Source: a virus
Lineage: Duplodnaviria; Caudoviricetes
DNA length: 58,944 nt
IMG/VR virus record: IMGVR_UViG_3300044636_000374
Coordinates: 1 to 58,944 of that record
Strand: one strand, 5' to 3'
Shown: piece by piece, positions 17,916 through 27,545 of the stretch
Layout: every line of letters starts with the position of its first letter
Numbering within the stretch: position 1 is the first letter of the stretch
Notes under the pieces: model-generated
Told to the model about the DNA's origin: nothing
The model's input: the letters and a program-made list of their open reading frames with translations, nothing else
Databases searched by the model: none
Translations under genes and position numbers: made by a program

Positions 17916-18302
17916 ATGCCTAATACTCTGCGCGGAATGAAAAAGGGATACGAGGACGCCCCGTATCACTCGATGGGAACCAAACCGCCTAAGCGGCGGG
18001 AGATGGCTCCTGTGATAGAAGATGAGTTCCGGCGAGGTAAAGAAGCTGGCCCTACTCCCCGTCCGGCTCCACCGCGAGATATTATGATTCCGACGCCGGA
18101 AGAAGAGGCGCGGATGAAAGCTCAGGTTGATGATGAGCGGATGATGCGGCAGATGGAAGAGGCATACGATAAGTCTCGCGGGTCTATGCGTCGTGCTAAA
18201 GGTGGCTCGATTGGTTACGCCGGAGGCGGTTCTGTTAGCTCCGCATCTAAGCGGGCAGATGGCTGTGCTCAGCGAGGCAAGACCAAAGGAAAGGTAATTT
18301 AA
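17916..18302 (+). CDS. Small protein with C-terminal GG/RADG tag
   Basis: Ends YAGGGSVSSASKRADGCAQRGKTKGKVI. Confidence 0.8.
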   Translation: MPNTLRGMKKGYEDAPYHSMGTKPPKRREMAPVIEDEFRRGKEAGPTPRPAPPRDIMIPTPEEEARMKAQVDDERMMRQMEEAYDKSRGSMRRAKGGSIGYAGGGSVSSASKRADGCAQRGKTKGKVI

Positions 18303-18303
18303 A

Positions 18304-18711
18304 ATGTTTATGAAACGACGCGCCTTTGCTCCTCCCCCGCCGCGGATGCGAACCGTTACAGGCAGGAAAACCGGGCCTAGTCCTGCAAACGCCAGCTTGC
18401 AACAAGACGCTGTGCAACAGCAGAAAGATGCTGAGCGAATGCAGCTAGGCAAAACGCAAGCTCTTGCTGATCAACTGCAACAGCAGAAAGATGCGCAAAC
18501 ACAACGAGCGGCTGCTGATCAACTGCAACAGCAGAAAGATGCCCAGATCGCGTCAAGCCTGCCCAGAATGTCTCCGTCAATGGGGCGAATGCCCCCGTTT
18601 AAAAGCGGTGGCGCTGTCAAAGGCTATGCTAAAGTCGGAGCAGTTAGCTCTGCTTCGCGGCGCGCTGATGGTGTTGCTCAACGCGGCAAGACGCGCGGCA
18701 AGTTTGTTTAA
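18304..18711 (+). CDS. Q-rich small protein with C-terminal GG/RADG tag
   Basis: Ends FKSGGAV...VSSASRRADGVAQRGKTRGKFV. Confidence 0.75.
   Translation: MFMKRRAFAPPPPRMRTVTGRKTGPSPANASLQQDAVQQQKDAERMQLGKTQALADQLQQQKDAQTQRAAADQLQQQKDAQIASSLPRMSPSMGRMPPFKSGGAVKGYAKVGAVSSASRRADGVAQRGKTRGKFV
18413..18542 (+). repeat. Intragenic direct repeats
   Basis: 30-bp identical copies at 18465-18494 and 18513-18542; 19-bp partial copy at 18413-18431. Confidence 0.9.
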
Positions 18712-18743
18712 AGCGTCAATGTTTACGCTTGGAGGTACTCAAG

Positions 18744-19028
18744 ATGATGGCTTCACGTGGCATGGGGGCGATCAACCCCAACAAAATGCCCGAGCCCAAG
18801 CGCAAGCAGCGGCGGGACGATACTGCTTTCTACGAGTATGCAGAAGGTGGAAAGGTCAGCCGCGTGAACGAAGCTGGCAACTACACTAAGCCCGGGATGC
18901 GCAAAGCCTTGTTCAACAAGATCAAGGCTCAGGCGGTTCAGGGTACAGGTGCAGGGGAATGGTCGGGCCGTAAGGCCCAGCTTCTTGCTAAGCAATACAA
19001 AGCTAAGGGCGGTTCTTACCGTGACTAA
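18744..19028 (+). CDS. Small basic protein (MMASRGMGAI..., YAEGG motif)
   Basis: GGAGG RBS; WSGRKAQLLAKQYKAKGGSY resembles the DUF5872-type N-half. Confidence 0.75.
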   Translation: MMASRGMGAINPNKMPEPKRKQRRDDTAFYEYAEGGKVSRVNEAGNYTKPGMRKALFNKIKAQAVQGTGAGEWSGRKAQLLAKQYKAKGGSYRD

Positions 19029-19386
19029 CAATAAGCCTTTTGATCCCGAAGGTGACGAGTACGACTATAAAACCGCTCGGGCTAATCAAATGCAGCCCAG
19101 TAAAGACGATGGACACTGGGGTTCCGTTGCTCCGGTTAGTGAGCCTGATCGTTTAAAGCACAATCTTCCTGAAGGCGCGTATGTCATTTTAAAAGGCGCT
19201 CAACACCCAACGTTTGATAAAGCTGTTGAGGCTGAAAAACAGCGCGGTGCAAAGATAGAGAAACGCGGTAACCGGTATTACTCGATTATGCAGCCTCGGG
19301 ATGAGACAAATTACAGTCATGGCGGCAAAGTGCATCGCGGTGATGGTATAGCGCAGCGCGGCAAAACTCGCGGCAGAATGGTGTAA
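19021..19386 (+). CDS. Globular cargo domain fused to C-terminal GG/RGDG tag
   Basis: GTG start overlaps the upstream gene end; ends YSHGGKVHRGDGIAQRGKTRGRMV. Confidence 0.7.
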   Translation: MTNNKPFDPEGDEYDYKTARANQMQPSKDDGHWGSVAPVSEPDRLKHNLPEGAYVILKGAQHPTFDKAVEAEKQRGAKIEKRGNRYYSIMQPRDETNYSHGGKVHRGDGIAQRGKTRGRMV

Positions 19387-19619
19387 TGAAAGCTCCGCAG
19401 AAATCGCTCAAGGACTGGGGTAGCCAGAAATGGACCACACGGTCCGGTAAGCCGTCATCTAAGACGGGCGAGCGGTATCTCCCAGAGGCAGCTATTAAGT
19501 CTCTTAGCCCGCAAGAGTACGCAGCAACTACGAAGGTCAAGCGAGCCGGAAAAGCCAAAGGTAAGCAGTTTGTAGCTCAGCCTAAAAAGATAGCTGAAAA
19601 GACAGCGAGATTTAGATGA
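19386..19619 (+). CDS. Small basic protein (DUF5872-like)
   Basis: QKSLKDWGSQKWTT...GERYLP.AAIKSLS. Confidence 0.7.
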   Translation: MKAPQKSLKDWGSQKWTTRSGKPSSKTGERYLPEAAIKSLSPQEYAATTKVKRAGKAKGKQFVAQPKKIAEKTARFR

Positions 19620-20548
19620 CCACCTCCGGCACCACGCTATTCAACCTCGAATTTACAGAGATCGCTGAAGAAGCGTGGGAACGTGCTGGCCGGGAAATGC
19701 GGTCAGGTTATGACTTGCGTACAGCCCGCAGGTCTATGAACCTGATGACGATAGAGTGGCAGAACCGTGGTATCAACATGTGGACCTTCAACCAAGGTGC
19801 CATTACGTTGACTCCCGGTCTCAATACTTATGCGCTTCCTTTAGATACGATTGACCTGTTAGAACAGGTTATCCGGACGGGAGCTAATTCATCGTCCACA
19901 CAGGCTGACTTAAACATTACGCGGATTAGCGTATCTACGTACGCTACGATCCCTAATAAGTTACAACAGGCCAGACCTATTCAGGTTTGGATTCAGAGGC
20001 TCTCAGGATCTGTAAGCCCCACCGGGGCTACGTTGTCGGGATCTATTAACTCTTCCACGACGACGATTACGTTAAGTTCTACTGCTGGTCTGCCGTATGC
20101 TGGATTTATCCGGATTGATAGCGAAGATATTGCTTACGGATACCTAGACGGGAATACGCTAGGTAACGTGTTTAGAGCGCAGAACGGAACAACTGCTGCG
20201 TCTCACTCTAGTGGGGCTGCTGTTTTTAATCCAAACCTGCCTGCCGTCACTGTATGGCCCACGCCGGATAACACGCAGACGTACCAATTCGTGTATTGGT
20301 ATTTGAGGCGCGTACAGGACGCCGGAGCAGGTTTGCAGACGGCAGATATGAACTTTAGGTTCTTACCTTGCTTAGTAGCAGGGCTTGCATATCACATTGC
20401 CATGAAAGTGCCTGAGCTTATGAACCGTGTACCTATGTTGAAAGAGGTATACGACGAGCAGTTCAATATTGCAGCCGGGGAAGACAGGGAGAAAGCCGCA
20501 GTTCGTTTCGTTCCGAGGCAGATGTTTATCGGCGGTGCTAGTTCGTAA
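19616..20548 (+). CDS. Putative head-tail adaptor (tail tubular A-like)
   Basis: ARRSMNL..WQNRGIN.W, VWPTPD, FLPCLVAGLAY; late operon position. Confidence 0.65.
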   Translation: MTTSGTTLFNLEFTEIAEEAWERAGREMRSGYDLRTARRSMNLMTIEWQNRGINMWTFNQGAITLTPGLNTYALPLDTIDLLEQVIRTGANSSSTQADLNITRISVSTYATIPNKLQQARPIQVWIQRLSGSVSPTGATLSGSINSSTTTITLSSTAGLPYAGFIRIDSEDIAYGYLDGNTLGNVFRAQNGTTAASHSSGAAVFNPNLPAVTVWPTPDNTQTYQFVYWYLRRVQDAGAGLQTADMNFRFLPCLVAGLAYHIAMKVPELMNRVPMLKEVYDEQFNIAAGEDREKAAVRFVPRQMFIGGASS

Positions 20549-20550
20549 TC

Positions 20551-20940
20551 ATGGGTAATAGATTTGCCAGTGGCAAAAAAGCGATTGCGATGTGTGATCG
20601 CTGCGGTCAGCAATTTAAGCTGCAAGCCCTGCGCGAAGAGATAATCAAGACTAAACGTTATAACCTGCTGGTTTGTACTGAATGCTATGATCCAGATCAT
20701 CCCCAGTTGCAATTAGGGATGTATCCTGTAGATGACCCACAGGCTTTGCGTAATCCCAGAAGGGATACGACGTATGTAACGTCAGGAACGAATGAAGACG
20801 GGTTTCCTTCCGGTGGGTCTAGAGATATACAGTGGGGATGGAATCCGGTTGGCGGGGCAAGTTCTAGTGACGCTGGATTGACGCCTAACTATCTTGTAGC
20901 AATCACATCTGTTGGAACTGTGTCAGTAGTAACAACGTAG
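20551..20940 (+). CDS. Zn-ribbon hypothetical protein
   Basis: CDRCG...VCTECYDPDHPQ. Confidence 0.75.
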   Translation: MGNRFASGKKAIAMCDRCGQQFKLQALREEIIKTKRYNLLVCTECYDPDHPQLQLGMYPVDDPQALRNPRRDTTYVTSGTNEDGFPSGGSRDIQWGWNPVGGASSSDAGLTPNYLVAITSVGTVSVVTT

Positions 20941-20948
20941 GAGTTATC

Positions 20949-21125
20949 ATGGACGCCAAGAAAGCGGTTCACAAACACGAGAAAGCGATGCACCCCGGTA
21001 AACCTCTTACGAAGTTTGCTAGGGGTGGTAAGACTAATCTCCAGATGAAAGAGATGGGTCGGAACCTCGCTAAGGTTGCCAATCAAATGAAACCCATGCG
21101 GTCGGTTCGTAAGTCGGGGATCTGA
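20949..21125 (+). CDS. Small basic protein (58 aa, FARGG motif)
   Basis: ORF read by hand; AGGAG RBS. Confidence 0.7.
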   Translation: MDAKKAVHKHEKAMHPGKPLTKFARGGKTNLQMKEMGRNLAKVANQMKPMRSVRKSGI

Positions 21126-21126
21126 G

Positions 21127-21279
21127 ATGAAGAAAAATTCCAATCAGCCCAAACCTGCCCCGAAGGTAGACCTTAAGAACTCGGGATATCCGGAAAAGAA
21201 CGTTAAGACTTCCGGGATCAAGGTTCGTGGTACGGGTGCAGCAACCAAAGGCGTGATGGCTCGCGGGCCGATGGCGTAA
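21127..21279 (+). CDS. Small basic protein (50 aa, ends RGTGAATKGVMARGPMA)
   Basis: ORF read by hand; fills the gap exactly; variant of the RxxGxAxKG tag. Confidence 0.7.
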   Translation: MKKNSNQPKPAPKVDLKNSGYPEKNVKTSGIKVRGTGAATKGVMARGPMA

Positions 21280-21282
21280 GCT

Positions 21283-22212
21283 ATGCAGTACACAGAGTTA
21301 GCAGTTAATGTCCAAGACATCGTTGAGAATACTTTTACCGATGACCAGATGGCTATGCTGGTCAGGCAGGCTGAGCAGAAGATCTACAACACTGTTCAGA
21401 TTGCCAACCTGCGTAAGAACGTCTACGGACAATTTACAGCTAACAATCAGTACTTATCGGCTCCTACGGACTTCTTGTCTGTTTATTCCCTCGCGGTCAT
21501 TACGGGGGTAGCGGGTGGAGACATCAACACCGGTACATATACGTACCTGTTGAATAAGGATGTGAACTTCATCCGTGAAGCATATCCTCCGCCGAACTCG
21601 ACAGGCAAGCCTCAGCACTACGCCATCTTTGGCCCCCGGTCAGATTTAGAAACTGAGCTTTCTTTCATTGTCGGGCCAACGCCAGATACCGCTTATTACG
21701 CAGAGCTTCATTATTACTACTACCCAGAATCAATTGTTCAGAGCGCGATCTCTACGCTGGGGGCCATCACAGCAGGTTCGGCGTATACGAATGGTACATA
21801 TGTGAATGTTCCGCTGACGGGTGGATCAGGTTCTGGTGCGACGGCTAGGATTGTCGTATCAGGAGGGGCGGTAACGTCTGTGACGGTGCAGAATCCTGGC
21901 GTGTTCTATGCGGTTGGGAATACATTGTCTTGTGCTGCGTCCAGTATCGGTGGAACGGGTTCAGGATTTAGCATTCCTGTTGTGACGGTTACGAATGCCA
22001 GCGGTGTTACTTGGCTTGGGGATAACTTTGACTCAGCGTTGTTAAATGGAACGCTGGTAGAAGCGGCTAGATTCTTGAAGTTAGAGCAGGATCAGGTTGC
22101 GGTGTACAACGACATGTACGGACAATCGTTGTTGCTGCTCAAGAATCTGGGTGATGGTAAGCAGCGTATGGATGCTTATCGTGACGGTCAGGTAAGGAAT
22201 CCGGTCAAATGA
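21283..22212 (+). CDS. Putative adaptor/tail protein with inserted beta module
   Basis: QAEQKIYN, GKPQHYA, VGPTPD, ALLNGTLVEA core. Confidence 0.65.
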   Translation: MQYTELAVNVQDIVENTFTDDQMAMLVRQAEQKIYNTVQIANLRKNVYGQFTANNQYLSAPTDFLSVYSLAVITGVAGGDINTGTYTYLLNKDVNFIREAYPPPNSTGKPQHYAIFGPRSDLETELSFIVGPTPDTAYYAELHYYYYPESIVQSAISTLGAITAGSAYTNGTYVNVPLTGGSGSGATARIVVSGGAVTSVTVQNPGVFYAVGNTLSCAASSIGGTGSGFSIPVVTVTNASGVTWLGDNFDSALLNGTLVEAARFLKLEQDQVAVYNDMYGQSLLLLKNLGDGKQRMDAYRDGQVRNPVK

Positions 22213-22625
22213 TCGTCCAGACGCAGACTACGAGCTTTAAGGCAGAGTTATATCAAGCCATTCATAACCTGCTAACGGACACGTTAAAGCTTGCGCTGTA
22301 TACGGCAAACGCGAATCTAGACGAATCGACAACCGTTTATACCACTGCTAATGAGATCACTGGAACGGGTTATTCCGCCGGTGGGAATGTAGTCACTGGG
22401 GCGGCTATTAGTAGCAGCGGTTACACCGCGTTTGTAACGTTTAACAATGTTTTGTGGGTTCCGGCGGCGTTTACCACGCGATGCGCGCTGCTTTACAATG
22501 CCAGCAAAGCAAACCGATCTATTGCGGTGTTAGACTTTGGTTCAGACAAAACCTGCACTAATACATTTACGGTCACAATGCCGGGGAATACAGCTACAAC
22601 GGCTTTGCTCCGTTCCAGCAACTGA
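22209..22625 (+). CDS. Putative tail structural protein
   Basis: SFKAEL..KLALYT..NEITGTGYSAGG..VLDFGSDK. Confidence 0.7.
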   Translation: MIVQTQTTSFKAELYQAIHNLLTDTLKLALYTANANLDESTTVYTTANEITGTGYSAGGNVVTGAAISSSGYTAFVTFNNVLWVPAAFTTRCALLYNASKANRSIAVLDFGSDKTCTNTFTVTMPGNTATTALLRSSN

Positions 22626-22633
22626 GGTAAATC

Positions 22634-23149
22634 ATGGAAGAACGCGCAAAAGCGACCGGCAAGTACATCGTCGAATGTTTTGATAAAGACGGCAAGCTTA
22701 AGTGGACGGCAGAGACACCTAACCTTGTAGTTAACGTCGGTCTTCAGTACATGGCCGGAACCGCTCTTACGTCTACCGCACAGATTACTACGTGGTACAT
22801 CGGTCTGTATGGATCTGGGTCTACGAATAGCCCTGCCGCTGGTGACACGATGTCTTCTCATGCAGGGTGGACGGAAGTAACGGACTATACGGAAGCTACT
22901 CGCCCTGCTGCTACGTTCGCTGCTGCTACCAACGCAAACCCCTCTGTTGTTACGAACACGGCTAGCAAAGCGGTGTTTTCCATCAACGGGACAACGACGG
23001 TCGGTGGAGCGTTCCTGACTTCAAATAACACTAAGAGCGGCACGACCGGTACTCTTTTCTCTGCTGCTGACTTCCAAGCGCCGGGAGATCGGTCGGTTGT
23101 ATCTGGTGATGTGTTGAATGTAACTTACCAATTCAGCCTTTCAGCTTAA
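22634..23149 (+). CDS. Putative tail structural protein
   Basis: NLVVNVG...SGDVLNVTYQF; GAGG RBS. Confidence 0.7.
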   Translation: MEERAKATGKYIVECFDKDGKLKWTAETPNLVVNVGLQYMAGTALTSTAQITTWYIGLYGSGSTNSPAAGDTMSSHAGWTEVTDYTEATRPAATFAAATNANPSVVTNTASKAVFSINGTTTVGGAFLTSNNTKSGTTGTLFSAADFQAPGDRSVVSGDVLNVTYQFSLSA

Positions 23150-23158
23150 GGATGAACC

Positions 23159-24004
23159 GTGCCCGATGGCGGATGGGGATCTGGCACTTGGGGCCAAGCC
23201 GGGTGGGGATGCTCGGTTGTAGACCGAGATGCTACAGAGACATCTACCGGGGCGGACGAAGTATCGAGTCTATATTCAGTTCAATCTTCAATCCTTGAAA
23301 CCGCTACAGGCGCGGATCAGGTTTCAGCGTTAGCGACGTTCCCGGTTAGTGTAGTAGAAGCATCATCAGGTGCAGACAGCGTAGCAGCAGATGTATCTTT
23401 TGAGGCATTAGTAGTAGAAACGTCCTCCGGGGCGGACAGTATCTCGGCAGGTGTAGCGTTTGGTGTTGCAGTTGCCGAGGTATCGACTGGGGCAGATTCT
23501 GTATCTGCCATCTTCAAGCCCAGCGCAAGCATTGCTGAATCCGCCACGGGCGCGGATGTCGTCTCAGCACTGGCAAAGTTTGGTTCTATCGTATTAGAAA
23601 CCTCTACGGGGTCTGATACGGTAAGCACGGGCACCACATTCCAATCAGCCATACAGGAAACTGCATCAGGTTTAGATAGCATCTCGGCTATCTTCCGGCC
23701 TTATGCGTCAATTGTTGAATCTGCGCTGGGCGCGGATGTAGTTTCTAACCTTGGTCAGTTAAACCCGGTAATACAGGAAACCGCAGTAGGCGCGGATGCA
23801 ATAAGTGGCAGATTCTTATGGGAACCCGTGGATGACACGCAGACCCCTAACTGGCAGAATGTGACATCCACACAAGGCGCAGTTTGGACTGCAAACACTA
23901 CAGCACAAACCCCCGGATGGGGAAGCGTAACGAACACACAATCACCGGGGTGGGGCGATATAACCAACACCCAGACGCCGGGATGGCAACAAACGGAGCA
24001 ATAA
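23159..24004 (+). CDS. Repetitive acidic fibre-like protein
   Basis: N-terminal GWG repeats, ~19-aa ETxxGADxxS repeats, C-terminal 11-aa TQTPGW repeats. Confidence 0.7.
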   Translation: MPDGGWGSGTWGQAGWGCSVVDRDATETSTGADEVSSLYSVQSSILETATGADQVSALATFPVSVVEASSGADSVAADVSFEALVVETSSGADSISAGVAFGVAVAEVSTGADSVSAIFKPSASIAESATGADVVSALAKFGSIVLETSTGSDTVSTGTTFQSAIQETASGLDSISAIFRPYASIVESALGADVVSNLGQLNPVIQETAVGADAISGRFLWEPVDDTQTPNWQNVTSTQGAVWTANTTAQTPGWGSVTNTQSPGWGDITNTQTPGWQQTEQ

Positions 24005-24005
24005 C

Positions 24006-26720
24006 GTGACGACCCAATACACGCCAATTCTGAAACTTGCCCTGCCTGTCACCGGGGAGCTTTCCGGTACTTGGGGTACTGTTGTTAACGACAACATCAC
24101 CTCTATGGTTGAGCAGGCGGTAGCCGGGTTGTCTACGATCAATACATGGACAGCTTCGCCCGGAAACGCGCACACCCTTACCACCGCTGACGGTACAAGT
24201 TCAGAAGCTCGGTGTGCGATGTTGGTTCTTGCTACAGGGTCTGGCGGTAGTGCGCTTACCGGAGCGGGAGAGGTCATCTGCCCCGCGGCATCGAAGTTGT
24301 ATGTGGTCAAGAACGGTACGTCGTTCGCGGTTACTGTTAAAACGTCCGCAGGGACTGGCGTGGCTATTCCTGCTGGGGATACGGCGTTTGTATTTTGTGA
24401 TGGCACCAACGTCAACGCTTGCGTGACCACCATTGTAAATGGTCACATTTCTGGAAACCTGACGGTCGATGGAAACACCACGTTAGGTGACGCTACTTCA
24501 GACACCATTACCGCTACAGCGCGGTTCAATACCGATCTTCTCCCCTCTACGGATAACGCTCGTGATCTTGGTTCGTCTGGCAACTCATGGAGAACTCTGT
24601 ACTGCGATACGTCCGTACTGACTCCTCTGGTGACTGCTACTAACCTACAAGTCACTAACATTAAGGCTAATGACGGTACAGCGGTCGCGGTGCTGACTGA
24701 CTCCACTGGCGCAACTGACTTTTCCAAAGCGTTCACGCTTTCCGCGACAACCCAAAACATCTCTCTTGGCGCTTCTCAAACCACTGGCACGTTTGTGTTG
24801 GGCGGCACCGCCGCAACCGGGGCGATTACGCTGGATGCTTCGACCAAAACGCATACATTAAACGTCGGTTCAGGGGCCACTGAGAACGCTCTTACCAAGA
24901 CAATCAACATAGGCACGGGCGGCGTTAGTGGATCCACGACGACAATCACGATTGGATCTAGCGACGGAACGACCACAACCTTCAATGGAACCGTTAACGT
25001 CACAACGCTTGATCTGACCAACCTCGAAGTCACGAACATCAAGGCCAAGGACGGCACTGCCGGGATGCAGCTTGCAGATTCCACTGGTGTGGTGTCGTTC
25101 ACAGCCAACCCTATTCTTTCGGGGGGGACCGCGAATGGGGTCGCATTTTTAAATGCCTCCAAAGTCCTGACCACTGGGTCTGCGCTGACGTTTGATGGGA
25201 CAACGCTGGTAGCAACCGCAACAACAGGCGCGGCCACAACTTATCCCGCGTACTTTGATAATAGTGGCGCCGGCGTTGGTACTGGCGCACGGATTGGCTT
25301 CCGTAACACCGCAGTGTCTTACGGTGAAATTGGTTATCTCTACGACGGGGCATTTGCGACCATTATTGATTCTGCCGGATCAAATAACACACGATTTTTA
25401 ATTGCTGGCACAGAACAAATGCGCCTGACCAGCACAGGTCTGGGTATTGGGACGAGTTCGCCCAACGCAAAACTAGCTGTTGTTGGCGGTGGAATTCGTG
25501 TAAATGGCTATAGCAGTAATTCCGCTGGCGATGGGGTAAACATCCAACTTGGGACAACCGGCGGTGTAAATTATTTGCAGTCGTTAAATGGCACAAGCAC
25601 AAACAACCTGATTATTGACGGAAACCAGATTCTTTTCCGCACAGGCGTTTATTCCGACAGCATGACCCTCGACTCCTCCGGCAACCTCGGTCTGGGGGTG
25701 ACGCCTAGTGCGTGGAATAGCGCCTATAAGGCGCAGCAAGTTAATGCGCGAGCAGTTGTTGCTGGTGATTCAACACAAACTGTTTTAGCAAATAACTGGT
25801 TTGTTAATTCGTCCGGCACTAACATTTACATTGCTTCCGCTGCGGCTACAGCATTTTCACAAGATGCTGGTGTTTTTAAATGGTTCACCGCCCCCTCCGG
25901 CACCGCAGGCAACGCGATCTCCTTCACCCAATCACTGACATTGGACTCTACCAACCTGACGCTTCTAAGCAGAAGCATGAATACAATCAGGTGGGATGAT
26001 GGAACTAGCGCACCAAGCGGGACGATTAACGCATCAATCTCTAGCGATGCCTCACCTGCCATAATTTTCTCTACTCGTTCTGGCGGCTCTTCTCCCACCG
26101 AACGCGCCCGTATCACCAGCGGTGGGTACTTTAAGGCGAGTGATAATGGGACATACCTTGCCAGTACGGGGAGTTATCACGAATTAGATTCGTCAGACGC
26201 AAGCAATGCGGCTGTCGTAATAAGAGCAACGAATGCGTCTTTTACAGGAAACGGCCTTCAAGTTCGTGTCGCTAGAAATACTACAGACGCGACTTTTTTT
26301 GCTATTCGTTACTACAACGAAGGTGCAGCAGCAGATAAATTTTTAGTGGCCGATTCCGGCAATGTAACCAACACTAACAACTCTTACGGCGCTATTTCGG
26401 ACGCCAGAAAGAAAACCGACATTGTGGACGCAGGTTCACAATGGTCAGACATCAAGGCGCTGCGCTTCCGCAAGTTCAAGATGAAAGACGATCCTTCTGG
26501 TCTTGTCCAGTTGGGCGTGGTGGCGCAGGAAGTAGAGCTGACCTCTCCCGGTCTAGTAGATGAACATCAAGACCGCGACGCTGAAGGCAACGACCTTGGC
26601 ACGACCACGAAGTCAGTCAAGACCTCTGTGCTGCTGATGAAAGCCGCTGTCGCCCTGCAAGAAGCAATGGCCCGTATTGAAACCCTAGAGGCCGAAGTGG
26701 CCGCACTCAAAGGAGCTTAA
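24006..26720 (+). CDS. Tail fibre with C-terminal intramolecular chaperone (peptidase S74-type)
   Basis: T/G/S-rich; MRLTSTGLGIGTSSP-type repeats; ISDARKKTDI cleavage motif; GVVAQEVE; terminal coiled coil. Confidence 0.85.
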   Translation: MTTQYTPILKLALPVTGELSGTWGTVVNDNITSMVEQAVAGLSTINTWTASPGNAHTLTTADGTSSEARCAMLVLATGSGGSALTGAGEVICPAASKLYVVKNGTSFAVTVKTSAGTGVAIPAGDTAFVFCDGTNVNACVTTIVNGHISGNLTVDGNTTLGDATSDTITATARFNTDLLPSTDNARDLGSSGNSWRTLYCDTSVLTPLVTATNLQVTNIKANDGTAVAVLTDSTGATDFSKAFTLSATTQNISLGASQTTGTFVLGGTAATGAITLDASTKTHTLNVGSGATENALTKTINIGTGGVSGSTTTITIGSSDGTTTTFNGTVNVTTLDLTNLEVTNIKAKDGTAGMQLADSTGVVSFTANPILSGGTANGVAFLNASKVLTTGSALTFDGTTLVATATTGAATTYPAYFDNSGAGVGTGARIGFRNTAVSYGEIGYLYDGAFATIIDSAGSNNTRFLIAGTEQMRLTSTGLGIGTSSPNAKLAVVGGGIRVNGYSSNSAGDGVNIQLGTTGGVNYLQSLNGTSTNNLIIDGNQILFRTGVYSDSMTLDSSGNLGLGVTPSAWNSAYKAQQVNARAVVAGDSTQTVLANNWFVNSSGTNIYIASAAATAFSQDAGVFKWFTAPSGTAGNAISFTQSLTLDSTNLTLLSRSMNTIRWDDGTSAPSGTINASISSDASPAIIFSTRSGGSSPTERARITSGGYFKASDNGTYLASTGSYHELDSSDASNAAVVIRATNASFTGNGLQVRVARNTTDATFFAIRYYNEGAAADKFLVADSGNVTNTNNSYGAISDARKKTDIVDAGSQWSDIKALRFRKFKMKDDPSGLVQLGVVAQEVELTSPGLVDEHQDRDAEGNDLGTTTKSVKTSVLLMKAAVALQEAMARIETLEAEVAALKGA

Positions 26721-26722
26721 TC

Positions 26723-27046
26723 ATGGAATGGACCGTATCGGCGATGGATTGCAAAGTCTCAGAAGACAACCTGAGCGATGTTGTGTATCAATGCCACTGG
26801 CGCGTTTCCAAGACCGAAGTAGATGGTGACAAGACCTACTCTGCCTCTGTCTACTCCACCTGCTCTCTCCCCGCGCCTGACCCCGCTAACTTCACCGACT
26901 ACAACAGTCTGACCAAGGATCAAGTTTTGGGCTGGATCTGGGCGAATGGCGTAGACAGGGCGGCGACGGAAGCCGCAGTGCAGCAGCAGATCTACCTTCA
27001 GAAGAACCCTGTAGTTGTTAGCCCTCCCCTGCCGTGGAATGATTGA
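26723..27046 (+). CDS. Tail-fibre-associated hypothetical protein
   Basis: FTDYNSLTKDQVLGW...PLPW; AAGGAG RBS. Confidence 0.75.
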   Translation: MEWTVSAMDCKVSEDNLSDVVYQCHWRVSKTEVDGDKTYSASVYSTCSLPAPDPANFTDYNSLTKDQVLGWIWANGVDRAATEAAVQQQIYLQKNPVVVSPPLPWND

Positions 27047-27545
27047 TCCGGTAACCGCCCTTGCAACCGCTACTGCTGTATTCAATGGGATTAAGAAAGC
27101 GGTTGAGATTGGCCGAGAAGCCGAGGATGTCTTTGGACAACTCGGTAAATGGGCTGGGGCGGTTGCTGACATTCAGGAATGGGTGAGCGGGGAGCAGGCC
27201 AGACCTTCAATCTTCAAGAAGATTACCTTTTCCAAATCAGCCACCGTAGAGGCGTTTGATGCTTACGCCGCTCAGGTTAAGATCCAAGAGATGGAGAAGA
27301 CTCTCTACCACTGGTTCCATTACGGGCCATTGCAGCACCTAGGAAGAGAAGGCTACATCGAGTTTATCCAGATGCGCCGGAGAGTAAAAGAGCAGCGTGA
27401 GAAAATGATTTACGAACAACTCCGACGCCGAAAGAAGTTGATCAGGAACGCAAGTGATGCAGGTTTGATAGCGGTGGTTGTGGCAACCGGTGGTTTGATT
27501 ATGTTTCACATTACCATGTTCATAGTAGACAGGTGGCCGAGGTGA
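27039..27545 (+). CDS. Hypothetical membrane-anchored protein (MIDPVTALA...)
   Basis: C-terminal transmembrane segment; start moved to ATG 27039. Confidence 0.7.
   Translation: MIDPVTALATATAVFNGIKKAVEIGREAEDVFGQLGKWAGAVADIQEWVSGEQARPSIFKKITFSKSATVEAFDAYAAQVKIQEMEKTLYHWFHYGPLQHLGREGYIEFIQMRRRVKEQREKMIYEQLRRRKKLIRNASDAGLIAVVVATGGLIMFHITMFIVDRWPR

Noticed and set aside
17420-19386. Double-glycine bacteriocin precursors
   Set aside because: The GG motifs are internal or C-terminal rather than in N-terminal leaders, and there is no C39 peptidase/ABC exporter.
24006-26720. Diversity-generating retroelement targeting the tail fibre
   Set aside because: No reverse transcriptase and no template/variable repeat pair with adenine-specific mismatches seen; the internal TNL.VTNIKA.DGTA duplication (24639, 25017) is an ordinary diverged fibre repeat.
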